From assembly GCA_965249575.1 (NCBI GenBank), contig OZ252244.1, positions 3,520,001 through 3,584,000 on the forward strand: a stretch of DNA of 64,000 nt. Direction: 5' to 3'. Position numbers and translations under genes: made by a program. Shown here in pieces: positions 59,480 through 64,000 of this stretch (its first letter is position 1; the number at the start of each line of letters is the position of its first letter). The stretch comes from Gemmatimonadales bacterium. GTDB taxonomy: Bacteria > Gemmatimonadota > Gemmatimonadetes > Gemmatimonadales > GWC2-71-9. The notes under the pieces were generated by a model that was given only the letters and a program-made list of their open reading frames with translations, was not told the origin of the DNA and searched no databases.

Positions 59480-59583
59480 GCCCGAGCACCGTTTGGCGTT
59501 TCCGATGGCGACCGCCGCTATCCGGCTCAGACGGGCCCGAAGCGGCGGTTTTCACATAACCACGTAAGGAGAGTAGGCTGATC

Positions 59584-60189
59584 ATGGCGACGGCGATCAC
59601 AGCGAAGGACGTTGCTGCCCTCCGCGGCCGAACAGGTGCCGGAATGATGGAGTGTAAGAAGGCCCTGCAGGAAGCGAGCGGTGACCTGGAGAAGGCCGTC
59701 GACCTCTTGCGGCAGCGGGGAATCGCGAAGGCAGAGAAACGTGCGGAACGAGGCACGACAGAGGGAGTGATCGGCAGTTACGTGCACTTCAATCACAAGG
59801 TCGGCGTCCTCGTCGAGGTCAATTGTGAGACCGATTTCGTGGCCCGCACTGACGATTTTCAGGCGCTGGCGAAAGATCTGGCGCTGCACATCGCGTCGGC
59901 GAACCCGCTGACCGTGACGGTCGAGCAGCTACCCGCGGAGGTCGTAGACCGCGAACGGGCGATTTTCGAGGCCCAGACAGCGGAGTCGGGTAAGCCCGAT
60001 GCCGTCCGGCCGAAGATCGTCGAAGGCAAGCTGCGGAAATTCTATGCGGAGCAGGTCCTCTTGGAACAGCCCTTCGTCAAGGACGACAAGCGGTCCGTGG
60101 GCGATCTGGTCAAGGCGGTCTCGGCGCAGGTGGGAGAAAACATCGTCGTGCGACGCTTCGCGCGGTTTGCCTTGGGCGAGCACCCGTGA
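59584..60189 (+). CDS. tsf: Elongation factor Ts (short form)
   Basis: [38 protein letters not shown]. Confidence 0.97.
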   Translation: MATAITAKDVAALRGRTGAGMMECKKALQEASGDLEKAVDLLRQRGIAKAEKRAERGTTEGVIGSYVHFNHKVGVLVEVNCETDFVARTDDFQALAKDLALHIASANPLTVTVEQLPAEVVDRERAIFEAQTAESGKPDAVRPKIVEGKLRKFYAEQVLLEQPFVKDDKRSVGDLVKAVSAQVGENIVVRRFARFALGEHP

Positions 60190-60899
60190 CGGAACTGGTA
60201 TACCGGCGGGTGCTGCTGAAGCTGTCGGGCGAAGCGCTGGCCGGAGGGGGTGGCGTGGGTTTCGACTTCGGCACGCTCGACGGACTCACCGACGAGATCA
60301 AGGAGGTCCATGCGCTTGGCGTCGATCTCGGTTTGGTCATTGGGGGCGGCAACATTCTGCGCGGGACGGTCGCAAGCCAGCAGGGAATGGACCGGGTGTC
60401 GGCGGACTACATGGGCATGCTAGCGACGGTCATCAATGCGCTGGCACTCCAGGACATCCTAGAGCGAAAAGGCGTCGACACACGCGTGATGACAGCGATT
60501 CGAATGGAGGAACTCGCCGAGCCCTATATTCGCCGCCGGGCCCAGCGCCATCTGGAAAAGGGACGGATCGTACTGTTCGCTGGCGGCACCGGCAACCCGT
60601 ATTTTTCGACCGACACCGCTGCAGTGCTGCGGGCCCTCGAGATCGAAGCCGAGGTGATCATCAAGGCCACGAGCGTCGACGGAGTCTACAGTGCGGATCC
60701 CAAGGTCGTTCCGGATGCGCAGTTCATCCCGAACCTGTCGTTTCAGGACGCGATTGTGCAGGGCCTGGCGGTCATGGACGGGAACGCATTCGGACTGTGC
60801 AAGGACAACGGGCTACCCATCGTCGTTATGAACGTCAATCAACGAGGCGCGGTTGCTCGCGTGCTCCGCGGGGAACGCGTCGGGACCATGGTCCAATGA
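60186..60899 (+). CDS. pyrH: UMP kinase
   Basis: [32 protein letters not shown]. Confidence 0.97.
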   Translation: MTELVYRRVLLKLSGEALAGGGGVGFDFGTLDGLTDEIKEVHALGVDLGLVIGGGNILRGTVASQQGMDRVSADYMGMLATVINALALQDILERKGVDTRVMTAIRMEELAEPYIRRRAQRHLEKGRIVLFAGGTGNPYFSTDTAAVLRALEIEAEVIIKATSVDGVYSADPKVVPDAQFIPNLSFQDAIVQGLAVMDGNAFGLCKDNGLPIVVMNVNQRGAVARVLRGERVGTMVQ

Positions 60900-61450
60900 C
60901 GCCACTACAGGAAATCGTCAAACACGCCGGCGATCAGATGCGAAAGGCCGTGGAAAACACCAAGCGTGAGCTTGCGGCGATCCGCAGCAGCAAAGCCACG
61001 ACGACGCTGCTCGATACGGTTCGGGTCGACGCCTACGGTCAAGTCATGCCGCTGAATCAGGTCGCGAGCCTCGCGGCACCGGAACCACGCCTGCTCACGG
61101 TGCAACCATGGGACAAGTCACTGATCGAGGCCGTGGAGAAATCGCTCCGGTCGTCGGATCTCGGTCTCAATCCGTCGAACGACGGAACCATCATCAGGGT
61201 CCCGCTCCCCCCCCTGACTGAAGAGCGGCGCAAGGAGCTCGCGCGGGTTGTTCGCAAGCTGGCGGAGGAGGGGCGAGTGGCCGTTCGACACGCCCGGACG
61301 GAAGCGATTTCGAAAACCAAAAAGGTCGAGCACGTTTCCGATGATGAGAAGCACCACACCGAAAAAGACATCCAAAAGTTGCATGACGACGTGATTGGCC
61401 AGATGGACGCGCTGAGCAAATCCAAGGAACAAGAGATCATGGAGGTATAG
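60896..61450 (+). CDS. frr: Ribosome recycling factor
   Basis: [38 protein letters not shown] overlap with pyrH. Confidence 0.96.
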   Translation: MTPLQEIVKHAGDQMRKAVENTKRELAAIRSSKATTTLLDTVRVDAYGQVMPLNQVASLAAPEPRLLTVQPWDKSLIEAVEKSLRSSDLGLNPSNDGTIIRVPLPPLTEERRKELARVVRKLAEEGRVAVRHARTEAISKTKKVEHVSDDEKHHTEKDIQKLHDDVIGQMDALSKSKEQEIMEV

Positions 61451-61487
61451 CCGGACGGCGGCGCTTCGCCGCGTCCACCGTTCCGCC

Positions 61488-62354
61488 ATGTCGAGCTCAT
61501 TGGTCAAGCGAATACTGGTGGCCGCCGTCGGAATCCCGACGGCGTTTGCCGTCGTATGGGCGGGTGGTTGGTCGTTTGCCGTGGTCCTCGGCGCGCTCGG
61601 CGCGCTCGGCGCGCTCGAGCTGTTTCGGCTTGCCGAGCGTTCGGGCGTTCGGCCGCTGGTGTGGCCGGGAGCGATCGGTGCCTTTCTCGCCCCTGCAGCC
61701 GTGCTGGCTGTCCACCCCAACGGACTCGGGCTGACGGTCAATTGGCTCGCGGCGGCCGGGGCGATATGGATTCTGGTCGTCATGGCCGGGGTGGTGTGGG
61801 GGCGGGGGCCCCAAGGCCGTCCCCTGCTGGCAGCGTCCGTCACGGTCTTCGGGGGGCTCTACGCGGGCGCCTTACTGGCGTTTCTCGTGCCAATTCGGAA
61901 CGTTGGAGGGGGAGCCGCGTTCGATCTCGGTGCTACGTGGCTCGTGTTCTTGCCTCTGGCGCTCACGTGGGTGTGTGACACGTGCGCCATGGCGGGCGGG
62001 TCGCTCGTCGGCGGCGCCAGGCTCGCCCCCACGTTGAGTCCCGGGAAAACGTGGGCCGGCGCGGTCGCGGGGTTGCTCGGGGCAACGGTCGCGTCGCTCG
62101 CGTACGGCCGGTGGCTGTTGGGGGGCGTCGGCGGCGTGGCCCTCGGATTCTGGCAGCTCCTGGCCATTGGGGTCGCCGTGGGCGTGCTCGGGCAGATAGG
62201 GGACCTCGCGGAGTCCGCCCTCAAACGGGAAGCCGGCGTCAAGGACTCGGGCAGTTTTTTCCCCGGTCACGGAGGGGTTCTGGATCGTCTCGATTCGCTC
62301 TACTGGGTCATCCCGAGCGTGGCGCTTCTTCTCAGGGCATTCGGGACACTGTGA
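61488..62354 (+). CDS. cdsA: Phosphatidate cytidylyltransferase
   Basis: SPGKTWAG, GDLAESALKREAGVKDSG..FPGHGGVLDRLDS. Confidence 0.94.
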   Translation: MSSSLVKRILVAAVGIPTAFAVVWAGGWSFAVVLGALGALGALELFRLAERSGVRPLVWPGAIGAFLAPAAVLAVHPNGLGLTVNWLAAAGAIWILVVMAGVVWGRGPQGRPLLAASVTVFGGLYAGALLAFLVPIRNVGGGAAFDLGATWLVFLPLALTWVCDTCAMAGGSLVGGARLAPTLSPGKTWAGAVAGLLGATVASLAYGRWLLGGVGGVALGFWQLLAIGVAVGVLGQIGDLAESALKREAGVKDSGSFFPGHGGVLDRLDSLYWVIPSVALLLRAFGTL

Positions 62355-63508
62355 CTATCGGGGTGGCGGTACTTGGCTCGACGGGATCGATCGGGCGGAG
62401 CGCGATTCGGGTGCTGAGCCGCCAGGCCGACCGGTTCCGCGTGGTCGCCATCACGGCCTACGGATCCGACGAGCTGCTCAGCCGCCAGGCCGTGGATGCG
62501 GGTGCCGAGTACGTCGGCCTCGTCAACGGCGGGGACCGAAAGGTCAGCGCCGCCCTCGTTTCGCGGAATGCGGGTCCCACCTGGTCCGCCGGGCCGCAAT
62601 GCTTGGTCGAGGCGGCCACCCACCCCGACGTCAGGATCGTGATCAACGCGGTGGTGGGGGCGGCAGGGCTGGAGGCCACCCTCGCCGCGCTCGGAGCCGG
62701 CAAGCGGGTCGCGCTGGCCAACAAGGAACCCCTGGTGATGGCGGGGGATCTCGTACGGGCTGCGGCGCGAGAGGGCGGTGGCGAGGTCGTGCCGGTCGAT
62801 TCCGAGCACAGCGCTGTGCTGCAATGCGTGACGGGCCGGCGGGGACAGGAGCTTCGCCGCCTGATCCTCACCGCGTCCGGTGGGCCGTTCAGAGATTGGC
62901 CGGCCGACCGGCTCCGCGACGTGTCGGTAGGCGACGCGCTCAAGCACCCCACGTGGCAAATGGGCCGGAAGATCACCATCGATAGCGCGACGCTCGCCAA
63001 CAAGGCGCTCGAGGTGATCGAGGCGCACCATCTGTTTGGTCTGGGGTATGACCGAATTGAGGTCGTCGTGCATCCCCAGTCGATCGTGCACGCTTTTACG
63101 GAGTTCGTGGACGGATCGATCCTGGCTCAGCTTGGTGTCCCGAACATGGAGTTACCAATTCTCTACGCACTCACCCATCCCGAGCGCGTCGCCGACGCCG
63201 GCGTGGAACGTTTCGATCCTGTCAGGGCTACGCCCCTCACATTCGAACCGCTGCGGCTCGACGATTTCCCCGCCTTTGCGCTGGGCGTCGCGGCGGGCCG
63301 GGCCGGCGGCACGACCCCCGCGGTGTTCAACGCATCGAACGAAATCGCCGTCGGCGCGTTTCTCGACGGCCGCATCGGGTTCGCGCAGATCGCCACCGTC
63401 ATCGAAGAAATCCTCGAGCGTCACGATTCGGTTGAGGCCTGCGATCTGGAAACGGTATTGCGTACAGATAGCTGGGCGCGGGAGACAGCGGAGGCAGCAT
63501 GCTCCTGA
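62351..63508 (+). CDS. dxr: 1-deoxy-D-xylulose 5-phosphate reductoisomerase
   Basis: LGSTGSIG, LANKE, PVDSEH, LTASGGPF, HPTWQMGRKITIDSAT. Confidence 0.96.
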   Translation: MTIGVAVLGSTGSIGRSAIRVLSRQADRFRVVAITAYGSDELLSRQAVDAGAEYVGLVNGGDRKVSAALVSRNAGPTWSAGPQCLVEAATHPDVRIVINAVVGAAGLEATLAALGAGKRVALANKEPLVMAGDLVRAAAREGGGEVVPVDSEHSAVLQCVTGRRGQELRRLILTASGGPFRDWPADRLRDVSVGDALKHPTWQMGRKITIDSATLANKALEVIEAHHLFGLGYDRIEVVVHPQSIVHAFTEFVDGSILAQLGVPNMELPILYALTHPERVADAGVERFDPVRATPLTFEPLRLDDFPAFALGVAAGRAGGTTPAVFNASNEIAVGAFLDGRIGFAQIATVIEEILERHDSVEACDLETVLRTDSWARETAEAACS

Positions 63509-64000
63509 CCATCGGCGCGGCGGTCGTGGTGTTGGGAGTATTGATCTTCGTACACGAACTGGGTCACTTCGCCGCGGCGAAGGCGGTTGGCATCGGCGTG
63601 CATCGGTTCTCGGTGGGTATGGGCCCGATCACACCGGTGCGCTTTCGCCGGGGGGAGACGGAGTACGTCCTATCCTGGGTTCCCTTTGGCGGCTACGTGA
63701 AGATGGCGACCGGGGAAGAGGACGAACACGCCGGGATGGAGGCGCTCGAGGGAGGCTCGGCTGACCCGGTCTTCCCCCCCGAGAAACTCTTCGAGAATAA
63801 ACCGCTTTGGGCCCGGATCTTGGTGATCTCCGCCGGCGTGCTGATGAATGCACTGTTCGCGTGGGCGGCATACGCAGCACTCGCCGTGACATACGGGCGC
63901 GTCGAGGACCCGACGACGGCGGTCGCGGCCGTCGACGCGACGCAGCTCCCCGGGGCCGCCGAGGCGCTCGCGTCCGTTGCGTTCGGGTCGAAAATCGCGC
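63499..64000 (+). CDS. rseP: RIP metalloprotease RseP (partial, runs off the window)
   Basis: Hand translation from ATG 63499: IFVHELGHF, FSVGMG, PFGGYVKM, ISAGVLMN; expected position after dxr. Confidence 0.92.
   Translation, partial: MLLTIGAAVVVLGVLIFVHELGHFAAAKAVGIGVHRFSVGMGPITPVRFRRGETEYVLSWVPFGGYVKMATGEEDEHAGMEALEGGSADPVFPPEKLFENKPLWARILVISAGVLMNALFAWAAYAALAVTYGRVEDPTTAVAAVDATQLPGAAEALASVAFGSKIA

Noticed and set aside
61587..61617. Tandem CTCGGCGCG repeats in cdsA
   Set aside because: They encode LGALGALGAL in a transmembrane helix; in frame and ordinary.

Overview
High-GC bacterial chromosomal window, most likely Gemmatimonadota (inference from a SusC/SusD pair in a high-GC genome and the conserved gene order). 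The right third (~47.9-64 kb) is housekeeping: tyrA-aroA-cmk-rpsA, acyl-CoA carboxylase subunits with an RlmD-like methyltransferase, then rplM-rpsI-rpsB-tsf-pyrH-frr-cdsA-dxr-rseP. The left part holds an HcnAB/Oox-like oxidoreductase pair with an enolase-superfamily enzyme, a PAS/GAF hybrid kinase, NnrE, an aminotransferase, YciI, a radical SAM protein with an atypical CX8CX2C motif, and an acyl-CoA ligase/Liv-type ABC cluster. The most notable feature is a ~27 kb accessory region (19.4-46.4 kb) with five intact and two broken paralogs of one secreted LVIVD/choice-of-anchor-B-like beta-propeller family. The paralogs share four invariant His residues and a Trp-rich C-terminus but have hypervariable loops. 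They are interleaved with SusC/SusD, two NTF2/SnoaL-like lipoproteins, a multicopper oxidase with a partner protein, HtrA, an M19 dipeptidase, an MFS transporter and an S9 peptidase that appears to lack its catalytic His. I found no tRNA, rRNA, CRISPR array, integrase or transposase. All assignments come from motifs read by eye; no searches were run.
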